In this document: one piece after another, positions 28,065-39,965 of the stretch | How positions within the stretch are numbered: position 1 is the first letter of the stretch | How the letters are laid out: the number at the start of each line of letters is the position of its first letter | Assembly: GCA_023515725.1 (NCBI GenBank) | Contig: JALDTO010000136.1 | Span: 124,001-188,000 of the forward strand | Source of the DNA: Amoeboaphelidium protococcarum X5 | Lineage: Eukaryota; Fungi; Aphelidiomycota | Direction: 5' to 3' | Length of the DNA: 64,000 nucleotides | Position numbers and translations under genes: made by a program | Notes under the pieces: generated by a model | What the model saw: only the letters and a program-made list of their open reading frames with translations | Database searches by the model: none | Told to the model about the DNA's origin: nothing

Positions 28065-28956
28065 TCAAGCCACTACTGGCGGAGTCTACACAGCTTCAAC
28101 AGGCAAAACGGTCAACGCTGGAGGCGTAGCACCAGGAATGATGGTCACAGAGACGGTACCATTGCTAGCTGCTCCAGGCTAGACAATTTCAAACAGATCA
28201 GAGACACCGGTGACAGGCGAAGTGCCATTTTTAAATGTGACTACGGCACGTAGCTAGTATCCAGTACTTGATCTGAACTCATAAGGAACCTGCCAATCAT
28301 AAGCAACGTTCTTCTAAGTAACAGGGATACCGGATGCAATTTGATACGGATTAGGAATGACCCCAGTCTTGGTATCAGACACAAACAGGGAAGCAACAGC
28401 ATCAGTAATATCACCCTAGACAGTGAAACGCACAATACGGAACTGACCACCAACAAACTTTGTACCATTAGTAGGGAAGGCAAACTTTACTGATGAGGTG
28501 TTGGTCTTGACAATGGTGAACGGCTGAGTCTTTGAGGCAACCATATTTGGACGGTTAGGAAACAGACGATTAGGTCTGACATAGATTCTGTAATCAGTGT
28601 TACTGTCCAGATCATATGGCACAGTAAAGGTGTACGCAAATTTATCAAAAGGATAGTTTTGCACCAAAGGTCTGATGAAGGACGAGTCATTAGCCCGGTG
28701 TATTGAGATGTTCACAGTACGAGGCACAGGAGGTGGAGGGATAAACGCCTGTCTCCATACCACAGTTCGAACATCACCAGTGAACCAAACATCACCAGGC
28801 TTTGGATTAAATATTCTCAAGCGGTAAAAGTACTCTACACAACACAATAGTTAATAGTAGGAGATAAAAACTCATAATGGAATAAAACTTACTTGCTTCA
28901 GCTACCGCTACAACAATAGCAATGATTGACAAAACCTATAGTAAATAGTGTACCAT
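28065..28956 (-). CDS. Secreted protein with two Kre9/Knh1-N-like Ig-fold domains
   Basis: Signal peptide; intron 28835-28892; IFNPKPGDVWFTGDVRTVVW...YTFTVPYDL...YRI, with a second repeat FAFPTNGTKFVGG; Pro/Ala-rich tail. Confidence 0.65.
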
Positions 28957-29453
28957 GATAGTTGTTTCAAAGTACAGTCAGTAATTCACTAGAATTGATT
29001 ATGAATCAGACAAGAAGAGAGAATTAACAAGAGAAAGGGAAACAGAGACTGGGCGCTGGCTCGATTCGACGTTCCATCAGAATCCCATTGTTTGTCTGTT
29101 GGAACGGCGTGCCGTTGTTTGTACACTCACTCCACACATGAATTTCGTCATATTTCTTGGCATTCATGATCAAACATTATTCGCCCTCAGATCGATGGAA
29201 TAAAATGTTGCTGATGGAAAGTTGAAGAATAATTTGAGTATTAGTTGAGACATACCGTATGTTAAATTGATTCTCACAATTCTCACGTGCTTACGCAGGC
29301 TCAAGCACTCTTACAGCCATGTATTTCCTAATCAATAGTATCGCGTGACGTTCTTTAAATTTTCTGTTTCAGACTTTGTTTCAATTTTGCGTCTCTCTCT
29401 GCCAGTGTTATCAGTATATTGTACGTGAGTATTTAAGGGCTGCTCTAAGCATT

Positions 29454-30504
29454 ATGCCTGGTTAGAAGGTATGTTTTCACTTAAACAATTTTTAATATCA
29501 CCTTCTTGCTTACGGTGACATGTAGGAAAACTTTATGCCACCTCCTGTTGGAGTTCCCTCTAGGAAGGGCGCTGCTAATGTTAAGACTGGACAACCGCAA
29601 ACTTTATCTCCCTAAGAGGACCCTCAGAAAGAGAACATTAAGCAATTCTCATTAAAAGATTTTGACATCGGCCGTCCACTGGGTCGTGGTAAATTTGGAC
29701 ATGTGTACTTGGCAAGAGAGAAGACTTCTGGCTACATTGTTGCTCTCAAAGTTCTGTTCAAGTAGGAGCTCATTGACAACAACGTTGAGAAACAGCTGAG
29801 ACGCGAAATTGAAATTTAATCACACTTGAGGTAAATCTTACTTAATTATATACCATCGGTGTTATATAATTTGTTCTGTGGGTAGACATCCTAATATCTT
29901 GAGATTGTATGGGTACTTTTATGATTCTGAGCGTGTGTACTTGATCTTGGAATTTGCTGCTCAAGGCGAGTTGTACAAGATTCTACGTAAGGTGAGAAGA
30001 TTCCCTGAGCCAACTGCTGCAAAGTACATTGCACAAATGGCCAGTGCTTTGGTTTATCTGCATTCCAAGCACATCATTCACCGTGATATTAAGCCGGAGA
30101 ACCTGTTGCTCGGTCTGAATGGAGAACTGAAGGTGTCTGATTTCGGTTGGTCTGTACATGCTCCTTCAAACAGACGCGGTACTCTGTGTGGTACTTTAGA
30201 TTACCTGCCTCCTGAGATGATTGAGGGCCACAAGCACACGCAATAAGTTGATTTATGGTCTCTCGGAGTGCTATGCTATGAGTTTTTGGTTGGATCGCCA
30301 CCTTTTGAAGAGTCCGGTGCTAAGGAGACGTATAAACGTATCACCTAGGTGGACATTAGATTTCCATCCACAGTAAGTCCAGAGGCGAGAGATTTGATTT
30401 CTAAGCTATTGCGCCATGATCCACCTGATCGTATTCCATTGGAAGAAGTGCTGAAGCATCCATGGATTGTTAAATATAGCAAGAAAGATGACGATGAAGA
30501 ATGA
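29454..30504 (+). CDS. IPL1: Aurora kinase
   Basis: [62 protein letters not shown]; introns 29469-29525 and 29831-29885. Confidence 0.95.
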
Positions 30505-30549
30505 TAAGAACTGTTTATATGAAAATTCAATGTATTGCATAAAGACTAT

Positions 30550-31200
30550 TCAACAAGCACAAGAACTATCGTCATCCTGTTAAGCATTAGTGTTAATGCG
30601 TAGAGTTTCTCTAACTTTCGCGTCCCATACCTTTGGATTCTCTAGAATCTTGAGACATAACTCATCAAATGCCTACTAAACACCCACTTTGGTTTTAGCA
30701 CTACACTCTAGGAATAGAGCACCGTGATTCTTGGCAGCCTCCAGGCCTTCTTCACGACTCACCACACGTTCTGCGTCTCGGTCAATCTTATTTCCCACAA
30801 TCATTTTAATGTTTGGTGCATTCGGAGATGAAAATGTTTCCAGCTCAGGTAGCCACGTATCCCAGAGAGCATCGAAAGATTCCCGGTTAGTGACATCGTA
30901 TACAAGAATCACTCCATGTGCGCCACGATAATAAGAGGAGGTGAGCGTCCTAAATCGCTCTTATCCGGCTGTATCCCAGAGAGTTAGTTTAATCTTATTA
31001 CTAGCGCCAGATTATTAAGACTGAGCTGGAACATTCCAAAACTTGACTTTGAAATCCACACCAATTGTGGCTGACATTTCATCCTCAAGAAATGTATCAT
31101 TCGTGAATCTGAGAAGCAGCGATGACTTTCCAGTACCAGAGCTACCAATAAGCAGTATTTTAAATGTAGTTATACTCTCTTCGCTATCTCCACCACTCAT
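30550..31200 (-). CDS. RAB18: Rab18 GTPase
   Basis: [37 protein letters not shown] (Q=TAA), C-terminal SCAC; 217 codons. Confidence 0.92.
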
Positions 31201-31418
31201 TATATCTAATCAGAGAGCTGTACCAGGAATTCAAAGGATGTCTCGTTCAATAGCGCTAAGTTTCCTCTCCGTTTGGCAAGAAATAAAAGACGAGCGGCGC
31301 GTCGATAAAGCAAAGACACCAGGTGTCGCACAGGGGACTCCTTTATCGATAATGTGATTCATTCGATGAAAGTGCAAAAACTGAATAGAAAATTACAATC
31401 GCCTTTACAATGTCAGAT

Positions 31419-32202
<784 letters not shown>

Positions 32203-32591
32203 GTTGAATATTCTTTGCTTAAGTTTAAAGGTGTATGATTTGTGAAAGAAATGTTAACGACGCGGAACGATGAAAAGGCTCATTAGCAATTCAGGAGAGA
32301 CCGATAATATAAACCAGAGACTAGATTTCCTGTTATATACCGCATAGCGTTCATGATTTTATTAAAATATTAACGCTTCACACTTTTGCCAGGCTATCAC
32401 TGTCCCCAATTCGTGCATCTGTCAATTCTACACAACTTTGAGTCTCTGCGAATTGATCGTTGCTAAATTGAAACAAGAAACACGCCGATCTTAATGTAGC
32501 ACTGTACTTCACGCGTCAATTGACCAAAGAAACAGGTGATAAGCTAAATAGTGTTATGATAAAACCAATATTATTAAATTAAATGCTTTGA

Positions 32592-32951
32592 TCACTTCTT
32601 AATAGCAGATTTTATTTCCTCCAATTAACTAGCTAGCCCTTGTATCATTTATTGGGTAATTTTACGTTCGAATTGAGCTTTTTCATCTAACAAACTCAGC
32701 TTTTCGTCTTGTAAATCAAGCTTGGATTAAATTTTACTTCTTTAAAATTAGGCCTGCTCTTTCATCAGCTTCATTTCCTTTGCAACAGCCGTCACTCGGT
32801 CACTAAGTTAATCAATAGATTAACGGTTGTTCATAGGCATTGATATGTATGAAAGACCTCCTAAAGTGGTTACCAATAGAGCAAAACGCTCTAAAAACTA
32901 TTTGTTAGCACTCATAAATTTGTTCATCGTAGATTTGGCGAGATTTAACAT
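32592..32951 (-). CDS. Orphan single-TM coiled-coil protein, copy 1 (119 aa)
   Basis: MLNLAKSTMNKFMSANKQFLERFALLVTTLGGLSYISMPM...QSKLDLQDEKLSLLDEKAQF...LEEIKSAIKK*. Open only with TAR=Gln; indels between copies are in frame. Confidence 0.65.
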
Positions 32952-33131
32952 AACTGATGTGCATTACAGTATTAAAACGCGTTGATTAATGTGATGGAAG
33001 CTTACGATTGGCAGAGCTGAAACAAAGATTCGATTACGCCAATCAACGATGGCATTTGATTGATTGGCGGCACTGATTAATCATTCTGAAACAAGAAACA
33101 AATAGAGACTGATATAAATTACTTAGAAGTC

Positions 33132-33292
33132 TCAATGAATAAAAACCACACCGTCAGCGAATTGGACAGCCATAATAGTAGTCTACAAAAGTTTTACATC
33201 AAGTTCATAGATACAAATATTGTATGGAAACTTACACCTAAGTCAACTTCGCCAGGCTTCAGAGTCTTGAACGGATCCATTGATACAACCAT
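33132..33292 (-). pseudogene. Truncated PRE3 5' fragment (exon 1, intron, 14 codons, then junction IH-stop)
   Basis: Identical to the PRE3 5' end; the repeat junction gives ...GVVF-IH-TGA, a 35-aa peptide. Confidence 0.85.
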
Positions 33293-33680
33293 GTTGAATA
33301 TTCTTTGCTTAAGTTTAAAGGTGTATGATTTGTGAAAGAAAGTTAACGACGCGGAACGATGAAAAGGCTCATTAGCAATTCAGGAGAGACCGATAATATA
33401 AACCAGAGACTAGATTTCCTGTTATATACGGCATAGCGTTCATGATTTTATTAAAATATTAACGCTTCACACTTTTGCCAGGCTATCACTGTCCCCAATT
33501 CGTGCATCTGTCAATTCTACACAACTTTGAGTCTCTGCGAATTGATCGTTGCTAAATTGAAACAAGAAACACGCCGATCTTAATGTAGCACTGTACTTCA
33601 CGCGTCAATTGACCAAAGAAACAGGTGATAAGCTAAATAGTGTTATGATAAAACCAATATTATTAAATTAAATGCTTCGA

Positions 33681-34061
33681 TCACTTCTTAATAGCAGATT
33701 TTATTTCCTCCAATTAACTAGCTAGCCCTTGTATCATTTATTGGGTAATTTTACGTTCGAATTGAGCTTTTTCATCTAACAAACTCAACTTTTCATCTAA
33801 CAAACTCAGCTTTTCGTCTTGTAAATCAAGCTTGGATTAAATTTTACTTCTTTAAAATTAGGCCTGCTCTTTCATCAGCTTCATTTCATTTGCAACAGCC
33901 GTCACTCGGTCACTAAGTTAATCAATAGATTAACGGTTGTTCATAGGCATTGATATGTATGAAAGACCTCCTAAAGTGGTTACCAATAGAGCAAAACGCT
34001 CTAAAAACTATTTGTTAGCACTCATAAATTTGTTCATCGTAGATTTGGCGAGATTTAACAT
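33681..34061 (-). CDS. Orphan TM-coiled-coil protein, copy 2 (126 aa, +1 heptad)
   Basis: A 21-bp duplication gives DEKLSLL-DEKLSLL-DEK. Confidence 0.65.
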
Positions 34062-34241
34062 AACTGATGTGCATTACAGTATTAAAACGCGTTGATTAAT
34101 GTGATGGAAGCTTACGATTGGCAGAGCTGAAACAAAGATTCGACTACGCCAATCAACGATGGCATTTGATTGATTGGCGGCACTGATTAATCATTCTGAA
34201 ACAAGAAACAAATAGAGACTGATATAAATTACTTAGAAGTC

Positions 34242-34402
34242 TCAATGAATAAAAACCACACCGTCAGCGAATTGGACAGCCATAATAGTAGTCTACAAAA
34301 GTTTTACATCAAGTTCATAGATACAAATATTGTATGGAAACTTACACCTAAGTCAACTTCGCCAGGCTTCAGAGTCTTGAACGGATCCATTGATACAACC
34401 AT
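34242..34402 (-). pseudogene. Truncated PRE3 5' fragment, second copy
   Basis: Same structure as 33132-33292. Confidence 0.85.
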
Positions 34403-34791
34403 GTTGAATATTCTTTGCTTAAGTTTAAAGGTGTATGATTTGTGAAAGAAATGTTAACGACGCGGAACGATGAAAAGGCTCATTAGCAATTCAGGAGAGA
34501 CCGATAATATAAACCAGAGACTAGATTTCCTGTTATATACCGCATAGCGTTCATGATTTTATTAAAATATTAACGCTTCACACTTTTGCCAGGCTATCAC
34601 TGTCCCCAATTCGTGCATCTGTCAATTCTACACAACTTTGAGTCTCTGCGAATTGATCGTTGCTAAATTGAAACAAGAAACACGCCGATCTTAATGTAGC
34701 ACTGTACTTCACGCGTCAATTGACCAAAGAAACAGGTGATAAGCTAAATAGTGTTATGATAAAACCAATATTATTAAATTAAATGCTTTGA

Positions 34792-35118
34792 TCACTTCTT
34801 AATAGCAGATTTTATTTCCTCCAATTAACTAGCTAGCCCTTGTATCATTTATTGGGTAATTTTACGTTCGAATTGAGCTTTTTCATCTAACAAACTCAGC
34901 TTTTCGTCTTGTAAATCAAGCTTGGATTTCATCAGCTTCATTTCATTTGCAACAGCCGTCACTCGGTCACTAAGTTAATCAATAGATTAACGGTTGTTCA
35001 TAGGCATTGATATGTATGAAAGACCTCCTAAAGTTGTTACCAATAGAGCAAAACGCTCTAAAAACTATTTGTTAGCACTCATAAATTTGTTCATCGTAGA
35101 TTTGGCGAGATTTAACAT
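34792..35118 (-). CDS. Orphan TM-coiled-coil protein, copy 3 (108 aa, -11 aa)
   Basis: Lacks EQAQFQRSKIQ (33 bp); the only copy that retains its native upstream region. Confidence 0.65.
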
Positions 35119-35446
35119 AACTGATGTGCATTACAGTATTAAAACGCGTTGATTAATGTGATGGAAGCTTACGATTGGCAGAGCTGAAACAAAGATTCGA
35201 TTACGCCAATCAACGATGGCATTTGATTGATTGGCGGCACTGATTAAGATCATTCTGAAACAAGAAACAAATAGAGACTGATATAAATTACTTAGAAGTC
35301 TCAATGAATAAACAAATATATACATCACCGGAAATAGTAAAAATGTGGCTTTCAATGCAAAGACATATGTAAATTAATGGCTCGAAAACTTGATAAAAAT
35401 GCTAACATCTGATTTAATGAATTGCATTTAGAACCACCTTTTAAGT

Positions 35447-36740
35447 TCACACGCGAGGCTTTTTGAATGTCTAATCGTTCTGAAAGCCTTATTATTGAGG
35501 ACGCACTGAGATATTCTACATTCGCTTTCATTTTATATATCAGAATATATATGAAAATATACTCAATTACCGTGTTCGATACAGACGGTATGGAATTTAG
35601 AATCTACAGACACGATTCAGATTTGTTGGCACGCTTGCCGGTATCCTCTACGCCTCTAAGAATGTCACGTCCATGCGATGGTTGATGCACTAAAGGACGA
35701 TTAGTGGTAGCTACGATACTAGTGTCGATACTTGGTGATACATTTTGCATTGACGCATCACAGGCTTACAACATTTCTTCATCCATTCCAACTACACAAA
35801 CATATTAAATCAGCTTTGTTACTTTCCGAACATCAATAATTGACATACCTTCCCACGCGTCTTCAGGTACATCAATAAAACTGGCATCTCCAGCTGATGC
35901 TGAATTTTAAATCTCTTTCAATTGAGATATAGTTGAAACATTTGCTAAGCCTGTTGGAGCAGTGTGACTTTTATTATTATGGAGTGCATGGTGGTTTGCG
36001 CGACTTTCAACATATGCAAATTCAGTGTCTGGATTCAGTAAACTCATCTGGGAACGCTACATATTAGATCAGTAATATTAAAGTAGTCAGCAAGAACAAT
36101 ACAATACGTACCATTTGTGGCTTGTGAATATTTTAAATGTAAGTCTTGTCGTAAAGGCAGTTACCAAGAGCATTTCCGAATAATCTTAGACATCGTTTCA
36201 AACTATCCGTCACGGCCTCCTTCTTGGCCTTCTAATAGGCATCCCCCTTAGCTTTACAATTGACAATAGATCCATATCCAACATCCTACCTCTCATGAGA
36301 CGATGAATTCTTCAGATAAATCTAATTAAACACAATCAATACCTCTTTGTAAGTGCCATCCTTAAGAGTGACTCTGGTCGTACAACTGACACCGAGTGAA
36401 ACGCGTCCATTCACTTCGTCACAAAAATCCACCTACAAGTCTACAATCTTTGTCGACCACCCATTGAACCCAAAAATTTTATTAGCCAACTCTATTGCTC
36501 TATTTCCCTCAAGATAGTTGATTCTCACTACATATCTAATATATACTCATTATCAAAATACAGAACACTAAAACACGATACCAACTTACTTCCAGCAGCA
36601 CCCTGTCTCGTACTTACGTAACCAAGTCCAAGTTACCTCTCCAAAAGTGAGGACACATGGCTTTCTTGGTCACGAGAAAAGGCGCATTGACCAAAATTTG
36701 CACCTTCTGCCCATGGACTTTACTGACTATCTTTAGTCAT
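35447..36740 (-). CDS. RAD52: Rad52 recombination protein
   Basis: FGQCAFS...[79 protein letters not shown]. About 5 introns; the 3' exons are less certain. Confidence 0.9.
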
Positions 36741-36911
36741 TTTATCGTATTGGTACGGGATAAGATGAGTTCTGTATTATCAAAATTTGAAGGCTTTCTG
36801 TGTGGAAAAGTAAAAGATGAAACAACATGTAAAAACGCGTAAAACTTTAAAATGGCCATGGAAAGTTTCAATTTCTTTCAACTTTGACGTCTTTGAAGAT
36901 TAACGATCACA

Positions 36912-37949
36912 ATGGATTTGATACACGTTCCACCTGTGCGTAATGATATTGCATTCTGTTACATGACAAATGGTGATGAGATATTGGTAGTTGCTTTATA
37001 AAATATGGAAATCAAGAATAGAATCAGGATTCCCGTCGGTCAAACTGTCTGCTGTATTAGTAGTCACCGTGATTAGATTTACATTGCGATAGGCGACACT
37101 CTTTATGTATATGATGGTCTTGATAATCAATTGAGAGATTCCTCTATAATCTGTATTGAAAGTTCCAATGATAAGGATTTAGAAATAGCTGCAATGTGTG
37201 CACTTGATTCTGGACAGTTAGTAGTCGGAATGGATGATGGAGCAATCAGATGCTATTCACCTCACACGAATTTGACACGCTCTTAGGTAGTAGACTAGAC
37301 TCTTATGGAATTGCCTCGTCATTCTGGGAATCGTCTTAAAGTTAAATCTTCTTAATGTCATAGTCCTCTACTTACAGCTATATGCTCTATGCCTGGAACA
37401 GCTGATTAATTTTTGAGCTGTGGATTCGATTAGACTATTCGATAATGGCGAATTGTGGGTAATTCTGTGCAGTTAATTGACTCAGTCTCCATCCAGGAGA
37501 ATAATAATATATAGGATTAGTATTTTCATAATCCACCGTACTTGTACTGCATGGATTCGCGTCATGGCATGGTGGCTGCTGGTGATGGTTAGAGCCGTGT
37601 TCGAATCTTGTAATAATCGTAGAGGGGCTCCAAGTTTAGCAAATGGAAAGTAGAGCATTCAATTGACTGTAAAAGCGACATGGTGGTTGTAGTGAGATTC
37701 TTATCCGATCAGCATATATTGATAGCTACTAATGCCGGTCAACTATTTCATTATGACATAACGCGAAAGCAATTAGTTGCAATTGATTAGAACTCTATGT
37801 CTTCTGCAACGCTAAAAAAACGTCCTGCAGATTAGACGACGCCTCTGCAATACAAGATAAATGACTGTAGTTATAGCGTTGAATGTTAATGTGTCCTCAT
37901 TGCAACAACATCTTTGAAAGAGATTATAAAGATTCCACTCTCTCTTTGA
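36912..37949 (+). CDS. WD40-repeat protein (WDR53-like)
   Basis: LVVGMDDGAIRCY, FLSCGFDQTIRQW, NPPYLYCM; 346 codons. Confidence 0.65.
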
Positions 37950-38109
37950 CGTAAATAAATGATTGATTAGATAGAAAATTAATAACAAAGATAATTTCAG
38001 GATAGTAACAAAGTTTATTTCCTCAACAGTAACAGTAGCAACAGCAGGGACATCGATAAGATCACAATATTAGGAGTGAAGTGACCGTGTTACTATATAA
38101 TCTTCTTGT

Positions 38110-39278
38110 TCATTAGCCTTACGGTTACGCCAACATCTGCTTGATTGCTTTCGGAGTGGACTCGTCATTCAGATGCTTGGTGGTGTAGCGCAGAGCATTC
38201 AACAGACCCTCGGTACGTGCACCGCCATACTGCTGAATCAACTTGATATGTGTCTTTATACTGATCTCTGAGTCTTTGGCGAACGCTCCCTTAGCACTCA
38301 CATGATCATACAAGATTATGGATGCCACCATGACACGCAGACAAAAGTACAGCGTCTCCTCCTTGGCAAACTTGTTCTGAGATACGGCGACATGTGTCAC
38401 AGTAACCATAACCTTAAGACACTCACATACATTAGTGGTGCTCACAGAGTCTGGTGTATTCTTGCCCGTGATGGAAGCCAGGCCATCGACAATAGCTTTC
38501 AACATTGGCGTTGGATACGCATAGAAAAGACTCATTCTGTTCGCCAGCTCATCCTTCACCACCGCTCTGTCCATCATGGCCTTTGCGTCTGGCTGCATCT
38601 TCAAGCGACTCAGTGTACGTCTGTAGTAACTAAAGTCGTTCTGGATCGACGGATTGGTCATCTTCAAATCGTCGAAATCCAGAGCAAAAGTCATAGTCTT
38701 GGCCAGTAGTTGCGCTGTGGCCTGCTTCTTCTCCAAGTTGTTCTTAATGTCACTTCCCTAACAGAGACCCCTCAACAACATTGTAAAGCACTCCTCTACA
38801 CTCGCTCACTCACTCACTCGATCATACAAATTAACATCATCAGGCATTAGATATAAACATTTAGCTTACCGAGAACAGTGGAAAAGTCAAAAAACTCCTT
38901 TAGTTGAGATACGGCAGGACATACAGCTGCCCAAGCTTCCTCTTCCGCCTGCTTACTAGGAGTAGAAATAGCCTTGCGGATCTGCTCTCCACAGCCAGAG
39001 TAATTTTTCAGAGAGTCTAGCAACTGAGGACAGCCAGCCATCTTCTTGTTCACCTAGTCATACAACTGCTATTCCTCAGGCATTGGTTTGGCATCTACAA
39101 AAACAGTTCATACAAAGACAATGAATGATGTTGTTAATTTATCAACATCATCATTTATATCACAATTAAACATGTAAAACACAACAACATATATAACAGA
39201 TGGCCTACTTTCAAAATCGACAAAAATGTCAGTAGTCACCACAGCGTCCGACTTCAACAAGGACAATAATACTCCCAT
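38110..39278 (-). CDS. CYRI: CYRI/FAM49 Rac1 interactor
   Basis: MGVLLSLL...IFVDFENAKP, FDDLKMTNPSIQNDFSYYRRTLSR, LLNALRYTTKHLNDESTPK; introns 39095-39208 and 38796-38869. Confidence 0.93.
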
Positions 39279-39965
39279 TCCAATTCACAAGTTTTATCGA
39301 TATCGACTGAATACAAAGTTTCAACAATAGATCAAAGTCAGCAAAATGTTCAGTGGTATTGCAACAGAAATGGAGCACCAAGTATTTCTCTAAGTTTTTG
39401 AGTAAGTAAGTGAACGGGTGCTTGAATTAAATACCAAACTACTACACAAACTGCTAGCTAACTACTCACACGTTAAGAGAGTAAATAAATAGATGCCGGT
39501 CAAGAAGGAAGAAGAAGAAGAAAAACAACAACAACAACAACAGCAGCAGAGTCGCCGCCCGCCCGGTGAGTGAAGTTTGTTGTTTAAAACGAAGAAGTCG
39601 CTCGCTCTTTCTCTCGTCTCGTCTCGTTCGATTCGCTTGTTCGTTCGATCTGCTGCTCGAGGCCCAAGAACGACTGAAGGAAAGAAGGCGCGAGATCCGT
39701 CACTAGTGAAAGAGAGAGAGCGCGAGTGGATAGATGATCCTATGAAAGAAGTCTGCGAGACAGGATAGATCGCTGGGAGAAACTAAGCGCGCTATAGGAC
39801 TAGAGTAAAGCTGAAGCATTTAAAATTGCATGTTAGATGCACTAGAGATGGCTCATTGGAAACAATAATCTGTTGTTTCATAGATAAAATGTGATAAAAA
39901 TACAATGCTTGTATTCTTCAAGCAGATCAAATAATAACAATAAATTTTAATATCAAAAAACTTTG

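Noticed and set aside
35119-35355. Longer N-terminal extension of the orphan coiled-coil ORF
   Set aside because: It starts at TTG and is broken by a 2-bp indel in copies 1 and 2; treated as 5' UTR.
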